Shown here one piece after another: positions 9,987-20,210 of a stretch of DNA of 64,000 bases. Below the pieces are notes generated by a model, which did not search any database, was not told the DNA's origin, and saw only the letters and a program-made list of their open reading frames with translations. Every line of letters begins with the position of its first letter. The stretch's first letter is position 1. The translations under genes and the position numbers were made by a program. The DNA comes from an uncultured Candidatus Saccharibacteria bacterium (GTDB lineage: Bacteria > Patescibacteriota > Dojkabacteria > SC72): assembly GCA_964621195.1 (NCBI GenBank), contig CAZULJ010000002.1:83665-147664 (forward strand), written 5' to 3'.

Positions 9987-10769
9987 ATGAGAATGAAAAA
10001 ACAAACCGTCGAACGTATAAAGCCATTACTATTCCTGTATAGAATTCTATTACCCTTCGTCGATATGAACAAGTTCCTAGCTTCCTTATATGGGATCTTC
10101 TGGTACACAAAAGATCTATTCAAATATATGATTAAATCTAGAACTTGGTTAATAAATCTCGACCTTTATCCAATACTGGATGAAAAAACAAAAATTACAG
10201 GAGTAGATTACCAATATCTATATCAACAGCTTTGGGTGTTCAATAACGTTAATAAAATTAAACCAAAGGATCACTACGATATTAGCTCCACATATCAAAT
10301 GAGCGGTTACTTAGCAGGTATTACGAATGCTCACTTCTTAGATATCAGACCTGTCCAAGCTGATATAGAAAATTTAGAGCTACTTGAAGGAGAGATTGAG
10401 AATCTTCCTTTTGAAGACAATTCTCTTGAATCTGTATCTTGTCTTCATGTTATTGAGCATATAGGCCTTGGAAGGTACGGTGATCGATTAAATATTGATG
10501 GACCAGAGATCGCATGCAGAGAGTTATCGAGAGTTGTTAAACCTGGAGGATATCTCTATTTATCAACACCGATAGGGAGGGAAAGAATCTGTTTTAATGC
10601 TCATCATGTTTTCAATCCTTACACAATCTTGGATTATTGCGAAGGTCTTGAATTAGTGGAGTTTAATGTCGTAGATGATTTAGGGAAATTGCATAAGGAT
10701 ATAAAGATCCGTGATTACAAGCAAAATGAATATTCTCTAGGAATGTTCAAATTTAGGAAGAAGAAATAA
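9987..10769 (+). CDS. class I SAM-dependent methyltransferase (probable sugar O-methyltransferase)
   Basis: 260 aa. SCLHVIEHIGLGRYGD and VKPGGYLYLSTPIG motifs of Methyltransf_11-like enzymes. Confidence 0.6.
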   Translation: MRMKKQTVERIKPLLFLYRILLPFVDMNKFLASLYGIFWYTKDLFKYMIKSRTWLINLDLYPILDEKTKITGVDYQYLYQQLWVFNNVNKIKPKDHYDISSTYQMSGYLAGITNAHFLDIRPVQADIENLELLEGEIENLPFEDNSLESVSCLHVIEHIGLGRYGDRLNIDGPEIACRELSRVVKPGGYLYLSTPIGRERICFNAHHVFNPYTILDYCEGLELVEFNVVDDLGKLHKDIKIRDYKQNEYSLGMFKFRKKK

Positions 10770-10778
10770 AAATTTTAA

Positions 10779-11633
10779 CTATCTCTTCTTAAAATAGGCA
10801 ATATTGAAAAGAAGCCTTTTTATAAATACGGGAATTGTGTACATACTTAACAATTGTATTAATCTCCATACCTGATCTCCAAGCCTAGGTTTAAATTTGT
10901 ACTCAAACTCAGCCTTAAATGATAGGTATATAGTAACAGCTTGCATATACCTCATTCGGGCATTAGTGGCAGATTTTCTATGTATTCTATACTTTACTAA
11001 TTCGTCTTCAATATTCGCTAAATCCCCAAACTGAGAAATATCAAGGGTAATAGCATAATCTTCAGAAATACCAAGTTTGCTGGGGTATCCATTTGTTTTA
11101 TCTATAGCTTCCTTTCTCCATATTGAGGCTGGGTGAGGAACAGGATCAAACCTTAATATTATATTTCTTATATCAGCATCAGAGAGTGGATAACTTCTAC
11201 TTCCCATGATATTTAAATCTTCGTCGCATATTACCATTGATCCACCTGATACAACGACATCAGGATTGTTCTCCATAAATTCGATCTGTTTTTCTATTCT
11301 ATAAGGGAAGCTCCAATCATCTGCGTCCATTCTCACAACATATTTTCCTTTGCAAAGTTTTAAACCTTTGTTTGATGATCCTCCTGCATTTAAATTTGAA
11401 TCATTCCTCGTAGCAATAATCCGTTTATCTTGTTTTGCATATCTCTCAATGATCTCCCAAGTATTATCCTTGGAACAATCTTCTACTATTATAAATTCAA
11501 AGTTCTTATATGTTTGTTCTAAGATGCTCTCAATTGCTAAACCTATGTATTTCTCAGCGTTGTATGCTGTCATCAATACTGAGACTAGGGGGTTATTTTT
11601 CTTTTGCATTCTCCTTTGCGACCTCTCTAACAA
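10779..11633 (-). CDS. GT2 family glycosyltransferase
   Basis: VSVLMTAYNAEKYIGLAIESILEQTYKNFEFIIVEDCSKDNT ... VVRMDADD. True start is probably the internal MQKK (about 11609) given overlap with the upstream ORF. Confidence 0.8.
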   Translation of the reverse strand: MLERSQRRMQKKNNPLVSVLMTAYNAEKYIGLAIESILEQTYKNFEFIIVEDCSKDNTWEIIERYAKQDKRIIATRNDSNLNAGGSSNKGLKLCKGKYVVRMDADDWSFPYRIEKQIEFMENNPDVVVSGGSMVICDEDLNIMGSRSYPLSDADIRNIILRFDPVPHPASIWRKEAIDKTNGYPSKLGISEDYAITLDISQFGDLANIEDELVKYRIHRKSATNARMRYMQAVTIYLSFKAEFEYKFKPRLGDQVWRLIQLLSMYTIPVFIKRLLFNIAYFKKR

Positions 11634-11955
11634 TTTTAGTTATTTGTTTATTCAAATTATCAATTTTTGTATTTTGATTAAAAAGAAAAAAGAATAAAAA
11701 TATAATTGATAGATAAATTAACACATCCACACCTCTTCCAACTCCAGAGACTTGTCCAATTTGCCAGATTATTTCTGGAAACCACACTACAAATAAGGCA
11801 ATACCCCAGAAGGTCATCCAAACAAGAATCTTTCCAAATATTACTTTATCTTTATAGAACTTGATAAAGAGCTGGATCATGAATAATGCGATGATGAATG
11901 TTGCGATATATTGGATAGCCATTATTCCCTTAATTTTGCAGAAATTAATCTCCAC
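11593..11955 (-). CDS. small 3-4 TM membrane protein, DUF2304-like (GT2 partner)
   Basis: 120 aa, hydrophobic with QIGQVSGVGRGVDVLIYLSIIF motif and charged C-tail. Sits directly downstream of a DPM-synthase-like GT2, the usual DUF2304 context. Confidence 0.45.
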   Translation of the reverse strand: MEINFCKIKGIMAIQYIATFIIALFMIQLFIKFYKDKVIFGKILVWMTFWGIALFVVWFPEIIWQIGQVSGVGRGVDVLIYLSIIFLFFFLFNQNTKIDNLNKQITKIVREVAKENAKEK

Positions 11956-12605
11956 GCAATATTTATACTGTTAAATACGCTCTGTCCTTTCGCCATTGAG
12001 TATTCTGTGTAATGTATTGTAACGGGTACTTCTGTATATTTAAGATCTAGTATTTTTATCTTATCTAATATTTCTGAAGCATGTTCCATTCTGTCGTGTT
12101 GAATGTTTAACTTCTTTGCAGTTTCTGATGTCATAGCTCTTAGACCATTGTGTACATCAGTTAACCATATTCTAGAGAGTAGGTATGTAAATATTATTGC
12201 TCCTTTAAGAAGTATTTTCTTTTTTAATGGGATATCATTCTCTTGTAAGAATCTAGATCCTAATACAATATCGTATTTACCTTTTATTAATGTATCTAGC
12301 ATTGTATCTAGGTCTTTTACATCGTGTTGCCCATCAGAATCAAAGTTGATTATATATTTTGCTCCCCTTTCTATTGCTATTTCCATTCCTGTTTGCAATG
12401 CTGCTCCCTGTCCTCTGTTTATTATATGTTTTGCAATTATTACATTGGTATTCCTTTTTACTACCTCATATCCATTATCTTTACTTCCATCATCTACTAC
12501 TACAATATTTTTATATCCATTATCTTGAAGAGACTTTATTACTTTGAGAATCATTTTCTCATCATTGTAGAGTGGGATTGTTATGTATGTTTGGGATTTG
12601 TTCAT
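11922..12605 (-). CDS. GT2 polyprenyl-phosphate hexosyltransferase (DPM synthase/GtrB-like, soluble catalytic domain)
   Basis: 227 aa. ITIPLYNDEKMILKVIKSL...VVVDDGSKDN...NFDSDGQHD motifs. Confidence 0.8.
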   Translation of the reverse strand: MNKSQTYITIPLYNDEKMILKVIKSLQDNGYKNIVVVDDGSKDNGYEVVKRNTNVIIAKHIINRGQGAALQTGMEIAIERGAKYIINFDSDGQHDVKDLDTMLDTLIKGKYDIVLGSRFLQENDIPLKKKILLKGAIIFTYLLSRIWLTDVHNGLRAMTSETAKKLNIQHDRMEHASEILDKIKILDLKYTEVPVTIHYTEYSMAKGQSVFNSINIAWRLISAKLRE

Positions 12606-12686
12606 TGAGAGGATTATACAGGATTTATTTTTAAAAAACTATATGTATAATAAAGGAGTTATTAATATAAAATTATCTTCAATAAT

Positions 12687-13379
12687 ATGTCTTTTTTAAT
12701 GAATCAGAGAGAAAGTGCATATCGGCAGAATAGCAAAAATATTTTAGATATTTACGAAAAAAATAAAGACGCTAAGTTTGTAGATTTAGGGTGTGACAAC
12801 GGTAAATGGACAATGAAAATGGCAGAGAGAATAGGGACCAAGGACGTTCATGGGACTGAAATTCTTGAAAGGACTGCCAAATTAGCAAAAAAGAATGGAG
12901 TTAATGTCTCAATTGGCGACCTAAATAAAAGATTACCCTACAAGGATGGAATGTTTGATGTTGTTCATGCTAATCAAGTGATTGAACATCTGAATAATAC
13001 TGATATGTTTATGGATGAAATATATAGAATACTCAAACCTGGGGGCTACGCTGTAATCTCAACAGAGAATCTTTCTAGTTGGCACAATATCCTTGCTCTG
13101 GTTCTTGGCTTTATGCCTTTTTCATTAACAAATATTTCTACAAAGAAAGCAGCAATTGGTAATCCGTTTGCTCCACATGCAGGGAAGGAAGCTACGATAG
13201 AAAGCTCTTGGCAACACATGAGAATTTTTACGATATATGGATTAAAAGAACTAAGTAAAGAAGTCGGATTCACTATTGAAAAAGTATTGGCTTCTGGATA
13301 TTACCCATTAGGAAATTGGTTTAGTAAGATTGATCCCAATCATTCTCATTTCTTTGTCTTAAAGCTAAGGAAAGAATAA
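12687..13379 (+). CDS. class I SAM-dependent methyltransferase
   Basis: 230 aa. VDLGCDNGKWT (motif I), VVHANQVIEHL, LKPGGYAVISTEN. Confidence 0.75.
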   Translation: MSFLMNQRESAYRQNSKNILDIYEKNKDAKFVDLGCDNGKWTMKMAERIGTKDVHGTEILERTAKLAKKNGVNVSIGDLNKRLPYKDGMFDVVHANQVIEHLNNTDMFMDEIYRILKPGGYAVISTENLSSWHNILALVLGFMPFSLTNISTKKAAIGNPFAPHAGKEATIESSWQHMRIFTIYGLKELSKEVGFTIEKVLASGYYPLGNWFSKIDPNHSHFFVLKLRKE

Positions 13380-13387
13380 ATTTGCTC

Positions 13388-14251
13388 CTATATCCTGTTC
13401 CAAGTCCTTGGAGTAATGCCTGTATTTACGGCTAATAGACTTTGGGTCCATCTTTTGGGAGCTACGACCTCCTTATCTTTATTTTTATTTAACCAAGCCC
13501 CCCACCAGGAAAAGGAACTATTCGCAATAATGTTATTCTTGCATAAACTCATTAGAATTATTTCTTGCGCAGAGTTAAAATTATGCTTTGATACAAAGTA
13601 AGTATCTTTAGGCAAAAATGTGAAATTTTCTTTAACCCAGTCTATATCATCAGAAAAGATATAAATTCTTGGATTTTTTAAAGCTATCGTTTGAAGGGCT
13701 TGCTTATAATACTCAACCCCGAGTATTCCATGATGTTTTTTAGCTTTTATATCCGTAACATAATCTCCTCTCCGAATATGCATAGAAACGGTATCGTTAT
13801 CATTTTCTATTATTTTTGCAACTTCAAGATATTCTTTTGTCTGTTGATCTTTTGTTAAAGAGAATTCTCTTAATATTTCTTGTCTATATTTTTTGAAAAA
13901 ATTATCACTCTGGAAATATCCGTCTAAGTATAGATTTTCTACACCTAGATATTTTTCTATTGGATAAATACCAGTAAAAATCGTATAAAATTTGGAACAT
14001 ATTTCATCAAGTTGTTTTGTAAATCTATTCCTTGGGCCTCTGAATCTTTTTACTTCGGAATCTTTTGCAGCAGGTGTGGTAATATTAAAGAGGGATAATT
14101 CGAAAGACCTCTTAGTATGAGAAGATGGGATAGAGGAGTAATAGGAAATATCTAGCTTGTAGATACTTTTATAATCCTTTGCAAGAGCATAGCCACAAGC
14201 GTACTGGAACATTTGATTTCCAAGTCCTCCTTTTAAGTGTGTAATGATCAT
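13388..14251 (-). CDS. GT11 family alpha-1,2-fucosyltransferase
   Basis: 287 aa. N-terminus MIITHLKGGLGNQMFQYACGYALA and the HIRRGDY motif are hallmarks of GT11 (FutC/WbsJ-type) fucosyltransferases. Confidence 0.8.
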   Translation of the reverse strand: MIITHLKGGLGNQMFQYACGYALAKDYKSIYKLDISYYSSIPSSHTKRSFELSLFNITTPAAKDSEVKRFRGPRNRFTKQLDEICSKFYTIFTGIYPIEKYLGVENLYLDGYFQSDNFFKKYRQEILREFSLTKDQQTKEYLEVAKIIENDNDTVSMHIRRGDYVTDIKAKKHHGILGVEYYKQALQTIALKNPRIYIFSDDIDWVKENFTFLPKDTYFVSKHNFNSAQEIILMSLCKNNIIANSSFSWWGAWLNKNKDKEVVAPKRWTQSLLAVNTGITPRTWNRI

Positions 14252-14255
14252 ATTT

Positions 14256-16109
14256 TTAAACTAATATCTTAAAATCTTCAGATTTATTGCTTAAATTCTT
14301 GTTATAAAATTTATCATTCAAAATATTCTCTTCCCATTTTTCATATATTAAATCGATCTCTTTACTAAACTCATCGTTATCCCTGGTCTTCGCCTCTGGT
14401 GTACCTACTGAGATAGATTCGTGGTGATATAACTCTACATAGGGCGTATAGACATTGTAATATCCTTTCTTAAGTAATTTAAGACAAAAATCTACATCAT
14501 TGAATGCTATTCTAAAACTTTTCTCCAGACCTTTAACCTCTTCGTACTTCTTCTTACTTACCATTAGGCATGCAGCTGTAACAGCAGAGTAGTTTTTAAT
14601 AATATCTTTTTGAACGGGAAACCCTTGAATCTCCCTTGGAAAGAATTTAAAAGCATGTCCGGCAACACCTTTACCTGTACCCCCATTTATACCAAGTATT
14701 ACTCCTGCATGTTGAATTGTGTTATTGGGATAGAATAGTTTTACTCCGACAGCACCGACTTCTTCTCTTTGTGCATGTTCAAGCATTCCCTCTATCCAAT
14801 TGGGAGAGAGAACCTCTGTATCATTATTTAAAAGTACAATATATTCTCCTTTAGAATTCTTTACTCCAAAGTTATTCACTGCTGAATAGTTAAATTTCTC
14901 TTTCCATTCTAAAATTTTTATCCTACTATCTTGTTTTAAGTCTTCGTAATAATCCAAAACTTTTTGTTCTTTACTGCCAGTATCAATTATTATAATCTCA
15001 ATATTTTTGTATGTAGTTTTTTCAAGTAAGGAGGAAATACACCTCTCTATATATTCATATTTGTCTAGAGTAGGGATTAATATACTAACTAGGGGGGAGC
15101 CCTTAATTTTATATTTCACTCTAAAGGAACCTGGAAAGAGACCATCATATACTTCACCCTTTAGATTTCTTCTCTTTAAAGCATCTGCTAATGCTTTGAT
15201 AGTAGTTTCCTTTGCATATCCCTTATCTGAATATTCAGAAGAAGTTGAGCCTGGAATCTTTCTCCAAGAGTAGAGTACTTCTGGTATATGTTCAATCTTG
15301 TTTGTTTTTTCCGTTATTCTTAAAAAGAGATCATAGTCTTGAGAACCTTCATATCCTTTTCTAAAACCCCCAACTTCATCAACGAGCTTTTTTCTTATAA
15401 CTGAAAGGTGGGACATATAGTTTGTTGACATAAATAGATCTGGTGACCAATCGGGTTTGAAAAATGGTTCAACTCTTTTACCACTCATATCAATCTTATC
15501 CTCATCTGAATATATAAAGTCAGTATCTGGTTTCTCATTGAGCAACTTCACTACTTCTGCTAATGAATGTGGTTGTATTATGTCATCGTTATCCATTAGT
15601 GCAACATATTCTCCTTCTGCTAATTCTAATGCAGTATTAGATGCTTCGGATATATGTCCATTCTTTTTTCTAAAGGTAACTTTTATTCTAGGACTTTTAG
15701 AGATTCTATGAAGGTAGCTTATAAGCTTTGGATCTGTAGAAGCATCATCTGCTATGCATAGTTCCCAATTTGTATATATTTGTTTCTTTATTGATTTAAT
15801 AGCCTCTTTTATCCACTTAACATCAACATTGTATACGGGCATAATAATACTTATGAGGGGTTTGTATTCTAAGTTTCCTAATTCTTTTTTTATTTGAGAT
15901 CTTTTATTAAGAGTAATTTCATTTCTTTTTAACCAGTATTTGTATATATTTGTTTCTTTGTTTAGTTGTTTCCGATACTCGATTGTATGCCTTATTCTTT
16001 TAAAGATTCGTTTAAAAGTAATAATTGGACCATCTTTTATTATATTTATAAAAAAATTCTTAAAATATTTTTTTAACTTTTTCTTCATCATTACTCTTTT
16101 TTTATACAA
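14256..16109 (-). CDS. two-domain GT2 glycosyltransferase (paralog of 6598..8469)
   Basis: 617 aa. Module 1 LISIIMPVYNVDVKWIKEAIKSIKKQIYTNWELCIADDASTD...MDNDD; module 2 VSILIPTLDKYEYIERCISSLLEKTTYKNIEIIIIDTGS...LNNDTEV. Same architecture as the 623-aa protein with about 40% identity by eye. True start may be internal. Confidence 0.8.
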   Translation of the reverse strand: MYKKRVMMKKKLKKYFKNFFINIIKDGPIITFKRIFKRIRHTIEYRKQLNKETNIYKYWLKRNEITLNKRSQIKKELGNLEYKPLISIIMPVYNVDVKWIKEAIKSIKKQIYTNWELCIADDASTDPKLISYLHRISKSPRIKVTFRKKNGHISEASNTALELAEGEYVALMDNDDIIQPHSLAEVVKLLNEKPDTDFIYSDEDKIDMSGKRVEPFFKPDWSPDLFMSTNYMSHLSVIRKKLVDEVGGFRKGYEGSQDYDLFLRITEKTNKIEHIPEVLYSWRKIPGSTSSEYSDKGYAKETTIKALADALKRRNLKGEVYDGLFPGSFRVKYKIKGSPLVSILIPTLDKYEYIERCISSLLEKTTYKNIEIIIIDTGSKEQKVLDYYEDLKQDSRIKILEWKEKFNYSAVNNFGVKNSKGEYIVLLNNDTEVLSPNWIEGMLEHAQREEVGAVGVKLFYPNNTIQHAGVILGINGGTGKGVAGHAFKFFPREIQGFPVQKDIIKNYSAVTAACLMVSKKKYEEVKGLEKSFRIAFNDVDFCLKLLKKGYYNVYTPYVELYHHESISVGTPEAKTRDNDEFSKEIDLIYEKWEENILNDKFYNKNLSNKSEDFKILV

Positions 16110-16209
16110 TTTTGAATCATCATTCAGGGTTGAATACCGTTTAATTCTAGACGTTTATATATTTCTTTACAACCATCTCATTTACTTAAGAGTTTCTTGC
16201 ATATAAAAT

Positions 16210-17403
16210 ATGGCTATGAAAATACTCATCTCAACCGTAAGTCTATCTACTTACGCAGGAACAGATCTGTACACAGCAAGTTTAGGCAGACATCTTTTTG
16301 GATTAGGTCACGAAGTTACTATTTATTCTCCTCTGCTTGGTGAAATCTCTAGTAAAATAAAATCTTCAACTTCTATTAAAATAACTGATAATCTTGAGGA
16401 GATAAAAGAAGAGAAGTTTGATGTGTTACATATGCAGCACAATGTAAATGCCTGGATGTTACGAGCATATTTCCCGGATACTCCTGCAATAATGGCTGTT
16501 CATGGTATTCTACCTGATTTCGAACAACCACCTAGAATGGACCTTGGAATATTTAAATATCTTGTAGTTAGTGAAGGTGTTAGAGAACACTTAGTTAAGA
16601 ACCATGACATCCCTACAAGTAAGATTGAAGTACTAAACAACTGGGTAGATACAAAAAGGTTTCGTAAAAAGGCAGAAATAAACGAGAAGCCGAAGAAGCT
16701 TCTAGTCCTCTCCAACCATATGGCCAAGGAACATGAAAAGATATATTTAGAAGAGTGTAAAAAGAGAGATATTGAGATGATTCATGTGGGCCTACCAGAG
16801 AATCCTGTAAAAGACGTTGAAAAGTACATTAATATGGTTGATGTTGTGGTTACAGTTGGCAGAGGAGCTATGGAGTCTATGGCTTGTGGTAGAAACGTTA
16901 TTGTCTCAGATATAAATGGGATAGATGGGATGGTAACACCAGACACTTTCAATGAACTAATGAAGAATAATTTCTCTGGGCATAGATATCACAGAGAGGT
17001 AACAAAGAAAGCCTTTGCACAAGAACTAGACAAATACTCTTCTGAGTATTCTGAATGGCTAATAAAAGCAGTGCAGGAAAGATTTTCACCGGATTTTATC
17101 ATCGGGGAAATAGTAGAGATATATAAAGAGGCCTCAAGTACCAAAGTGATTACAGATAAAAAATATAAAGATGCAATATTTGAAATCACAATGCTTGCTA
17201 AGCTTCTTAAAGATAAAGATATTCATATACGAAATATTGAGAGCGAACTTCAAGACCTAAAAACTAAGAATGCCGATTATGAACTTTTGAAAAAACAATA
17301 TAAGCAATTAAAGAGTGATTACTTAAGTTTCTTAAATTCAAAAGCAGGGAGATTTGCTAGAAAAATACAAAGCCTAAAGCATAATCTAAGAGAGAAATTC
17401 TAA
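16210..17403 (+). CDS. GT4 family glycosyltransferase with C-terminal coiled-coil extension
   Basis: 397 aa. N-terminus MAMKILISTVSLSTYAGTDLYTASLGRHLFGLGHEVTIYSP (GT4 N-domain); VGRGAMESMACGRNVIVSD (GT4 C-domain). Last about 80 aa heptad-rich (IRNIESELQDLKTKNADYELLKKQYKQLKSDYLSF). Confidence 0.65.
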   Translation: MAMKILISTVSLSTYAGTDLYTASLGRHLFGLGHEVTIYSPLLGEISSKIKSSTSIKITDNLEEIKEEKFDVLHMQHNVNAWMLRAYFPDTPAIMAVHGILPDFEQPPRMDLGIFKYLVVSEGVREHLVKNHDIPTSKIEVLNNWVDTKRFRKKAEINEKPKKLLVLSNHMAKEHEKIYLEECKKRDIEMIHVGLPENPVKDVEKYINMVDVVVTVGRGAMESMACGRNVIVSDINGIDGMVTPDTFNELMKNNFSGHRYHREVTKKAFAQELDKYSSEYSEWLIKAVQERFSPDFIIGEIVEIYKEASSTKVITDKKYKDAIFEITMLAKLLKDKDIHIRNIESELQDLKTKNADYELLKKQYKQLKSDYLSFLNSKAGRFARKIQSLKHNLREKF

Positions 17404-17508
17404 AAAAGATATAATAAATTCAAGCTTTAGGTCAATCTTTCAATTTCATACCAAATATTGTACCCTATGCACAATACAGCCCATATTAATTTGTAATTGT
17501 ATTAATAT

Positions 17509-18522
17509 ATGAAATTACTAGTTACAGGTGGTGCAGGATTCATAGGATCTAACTTCATTAGATATTGGTTAGAGAAATATCCTGAAGACCATATTACAAA
17601 TCTAGATAAGCTAACATATGCAGGAAATCTAGAAAACCTTAAGGACATTGAAAACAATCCCAACTATAAATTTGTTAAAGGAGATATCTGTGATAAAGAG
17701 TTAGTAATGGATATCACTAAGGGAATGGATTTAATAGTTCACTTCGCAGCAGAATCCCACGTAGATAGAAGTATAGAAGGACCTGAAGAATTTGTTAAAA
17801 CAAATGTAGAAGGAACACTAAACTTACTAGAAGCAGCATTAGCTAATGGAGGTATTAGATTCCATCATGTATCTACAGATGAGGTATTTGGAGAACTACC
17901 TTTAGATGATCCTAAAGCTAAATTCAATGAATATATGGCATATGCACCAAAGAGTGTATACTCTGCATCTAAGGCATCCTCAGATCATCTAGTAAGAGCA
18001 TATTTCCATACACACAAACTACCTATTACAATCTCTAACTGTTCTAACAATTACGGACCATATCAATTCCCAGAGAAATTAATACCATTGATAATTACAA
18101 GGGCAATAATGGATGAAGAATTACCAGTATATGGAGATGGTATGCAAGTAAGAGATTGGATCCATGTAGAGGATCACTGTAGAGGTATAGAGTTATGTAT
18201 TAAGAAAGGAAAGATAGGGGAAACATATCTCTTTGGAGGTAATGGTGAAAAACCAAATATATGGATTGTAAAGAAGATACTAGAGTATCTTAAGAAACCA
18301 GAATCACTCATAGTGCATGTAGGTGATAGGAAGGGACACGACCTTAGATACGCTATAGACTATTCTAAAGCACAAAAAGAATTAGGATATGAACCAAGCA
18401 AATCTGTAGATGATTGGCTAAAGGATACCATTGATTGGTATGTAAACAATCAAGATTGGTGGAAACCACTTAAGCCTAAAGCAGATATACAAGCAGAGAA
18501 ATATCTTTCTAAAAGAATTTAA
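17509..18522 (+). CDS. rfbB: dTDP-glucose 4,6-dehydratase
   Basis: 337 aa. MKLLVTGGAGFIGSNF Rossmann motif, YSASKASSDHL (YxxxK), WIHVEDHCRGI; typical RmlB length. Confidence 0.9.
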   Translation: MKLLVTGGAGFIGSNFIRYWLEKYPEDHITNLDKLTYAGNLENLKDIENNPNYKFVKGDICDKELVMDITKGMDLIVHFAAESHVDRSIEGPEEFVKTNVEGTLNLLEAALANGGIRFHHVSTDEVFGELPLDDPKAKFNEYMAYAPKSVYSASKASSDHLVRAYFHTHKLPITISNCSNNYGPYQFPEKLIPLIITRAIMDEELPVYGDGMQVRDWIHVEDHCRGIELCIKKGKIGETYLFGGNGEKPNIWIVKKILEYLKKPESLIVHVGDRKGHDLRYAIDYSKAQKELGYEPSKSVDDWLKDTIDWYVNNQDWWKPLKPKADIQAEKYLSKRI

Positions 18523-18544
18523 ATTAATATATATTCTTTAAACA

Positions 18545-19627
18545 ATGAAAGCATTAATACTAGCAGGAGGAAGAGGAACAAGACTAAGACCTCTTACACA
18601 TACTAAGAACAAACATGCTCTACCAATTGGTAATAGGCCAATGATAGAGAGGATAATATTAGATGCAGTGGATTTAGGAATAAAGGATGTAATCATCAAT
18701 GTAAATGTAGGCGATACTGAAATGAGAGAGCTCTTAGGTGATGGTAAAAGATTTGGGTGTAAGATTTCTTACATTGAACAACCAGAACCAAATGGAATGA
18801 TGTATCCAATTAAGTTAGCAGAGAAATTAATCGGGGATGATGAATTTCTCTTCTCAGCAGGAGACAATATCCTAACAGGTGGTCTTAAACAACACTATGA
18901 AGATTTTAAAAAGAAAAAATCAGATGCTCATGTATTAGTAGTTAAAAGACCTGACTATCAAAACTTTGGTGTAGCTGTAATGAAGGATGGAAAGATAGTA
19001 AAGACAGTAGAGAAACCTAAAGAGTTTGTAAGTGATTTGGTCCTTTCTGCAATATATTTCTTTACACCTGCGGTATTCAAAGCCTTTGATCATGTAAAAC
19101 CAATAGATCCTAAAGGAACAGGAAAACCAGAATACTATCCGCCAGTAATTAACAACTGGATGATAGAGAATGGATATACAATGACAGCATCAGAAGTAAC
19201 AGGGTGGTGGAAAGATACAGGGGCACCAGAAGATTTAATACTTGCTAATAGACTAATACTTGAAAGAGAGGTGTTAGACATATGTGATGGTAAAGTAATA
19301 GATTCACATATAGAGGGAAGTGTAGAGATAAAGAATGGTGCAAAAGTAAAAAATAGTACCTTAAGAGGTCCTATCTCCATTGCAGAGAATGCAATAGTAG
19401 AAGATTCATACATAGGACCTTTTACATCAATTGGTGAAGGCTGTGTAGTTAAAAATGTTGAGATAGAAAACAGTATCCTAATGGGAAACTGTAATGTCCA
19501 TGATTTAGACAGAAGATTAGATAGCTGTTTAATAGGATGGAATGCAGAAGTAACAAGTAAAAATGGTCATCCTAAAGCAGACAGACTCTTCATCGGAGAT
19601 GATTCGAAAGTTGAAATTCATAAATAA
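18545..19627 (+). CDS. rmlA: sugar-1-phosphate nucleotidyltransferase (RmlA-like, long form with C-terminal left-handed beta-helix)
   Basis: 360 aa. MKALILAGGRGTRLRPLT nucleotidyltransferase signature. C-terminal 120 aa has hexapeptide-repeat character (archaeal/long-type G1P thymidylyltransferase layout). Position within the rmlBACD block. Confidence 0.75.
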   Translation: MKALILAGGRGTRLRPLTHTKNKHALPIGNRPMIERIILDAVDLGIKDVIINVNVGDTEMRELLGDGKRFGCKISYIEQPEPNGMMYPIKLAEKLIGDDEFLFSAGDNILTGGLKQHYEDFKKKKSDAHVLVVKRPDYQNFGVAVMKDGKIVKTVEKPKEFVSDLVLSAIYFFTPAVFKAFDHVKPIDPKGTGKPEYYPPVINNWMIENGYTMTASEVTGWWKDTGAPEDLILANRLILEREVLDICDGKVIDSHIEGSVEIKNGAKVKNSTLRGPISIAENAIVEDSYIGPFTSIGEGCVVKNVEIENSILMGNCNVHDLDRRLDSCLIGWNAEVTSKNGHPKADRLFIGDDSKVEIHK

Positions 19628-19644
19628 ATTGATATAGAAAGAGG

Positions 19645-20193
19645 ATGGAATTTAAAAGATTAAGTATTCCAGATTTAGTGTTGATTACTCCTAATATATT
19701 TGGTGATAATAGAGGATTTTTTAAGGAAACATACAATGAGAAGATTTTTAAAGAGAATGGTATAGATATTAAATGGGTACAGGATAATCACTCTAGATCC
19801 TCCAAGGGAGTCTTAAGAGGTCTTCATTGGCAAAAGGGTGAATTTGCTCAGGATAAACTCGTAAGAGTTGCAACGGGAAAGGTACTTGATGTTGCTGTAG
19901 ATATTAGAAGGGATTCTCCAACTTTTGGTAAGTATGAAGCAGTTGAGCTGTCCGATGAAAACCACTTTGTATTCCTTGTTCCTAAGGGTTTTGCACATGG
20001 TTTTTTAGTTTTGAGTGAAATTGCGGACTTTGAATACAAAGTAAGTAATTTTTACTCTAAAGAAAATGAAGGTGCCCTTCTTTGGAATGACCCTGATATT
20101 GGAGTAGATTGGCAAATAGGGAATCCTGTACTCTCTGAAAAGGATAAAGGGAATCCAGTTCTTAAGGATATAAATCCTGACGACCTATTCTAA
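19645..20193 (+). CDS. rfbC: dTDP-4-dehydrorhamnose 3,5-epimerase
   Basis: 182 aa. GDNRGFFKETY, RGLHWQ, FLVPKGFAHGF cupin motifs of RmlC. Confidence 0.9.
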   Translation: MEFKRLSIPDLVLITPNIFGDNRGFFKETYNEKIFKENGIDIKWVQDNHSRSSKGVLRGLHWQKGEFAQDKLVRVATGKVLDVAVDIRRDSPTFGKYEAVELSDENHFVFLVPKGFAHGFLVLSEIADFEYKVSNFYSKENEGALLWNDPDIGVDWQIGNPVLSEKDKGNPVLKDINPDDLF

Positions 20194-20210
20194 TTTCTAA
20201 GCTATTAACA

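Noticed and set aside
6598-16109. The inverted GT2 paralogs as substrates for DNA inversion (phase variation)
   Set aside because: Similarity is only at the protein level (about 40%). There are no long identical DNA repeats to support homologous inversion.
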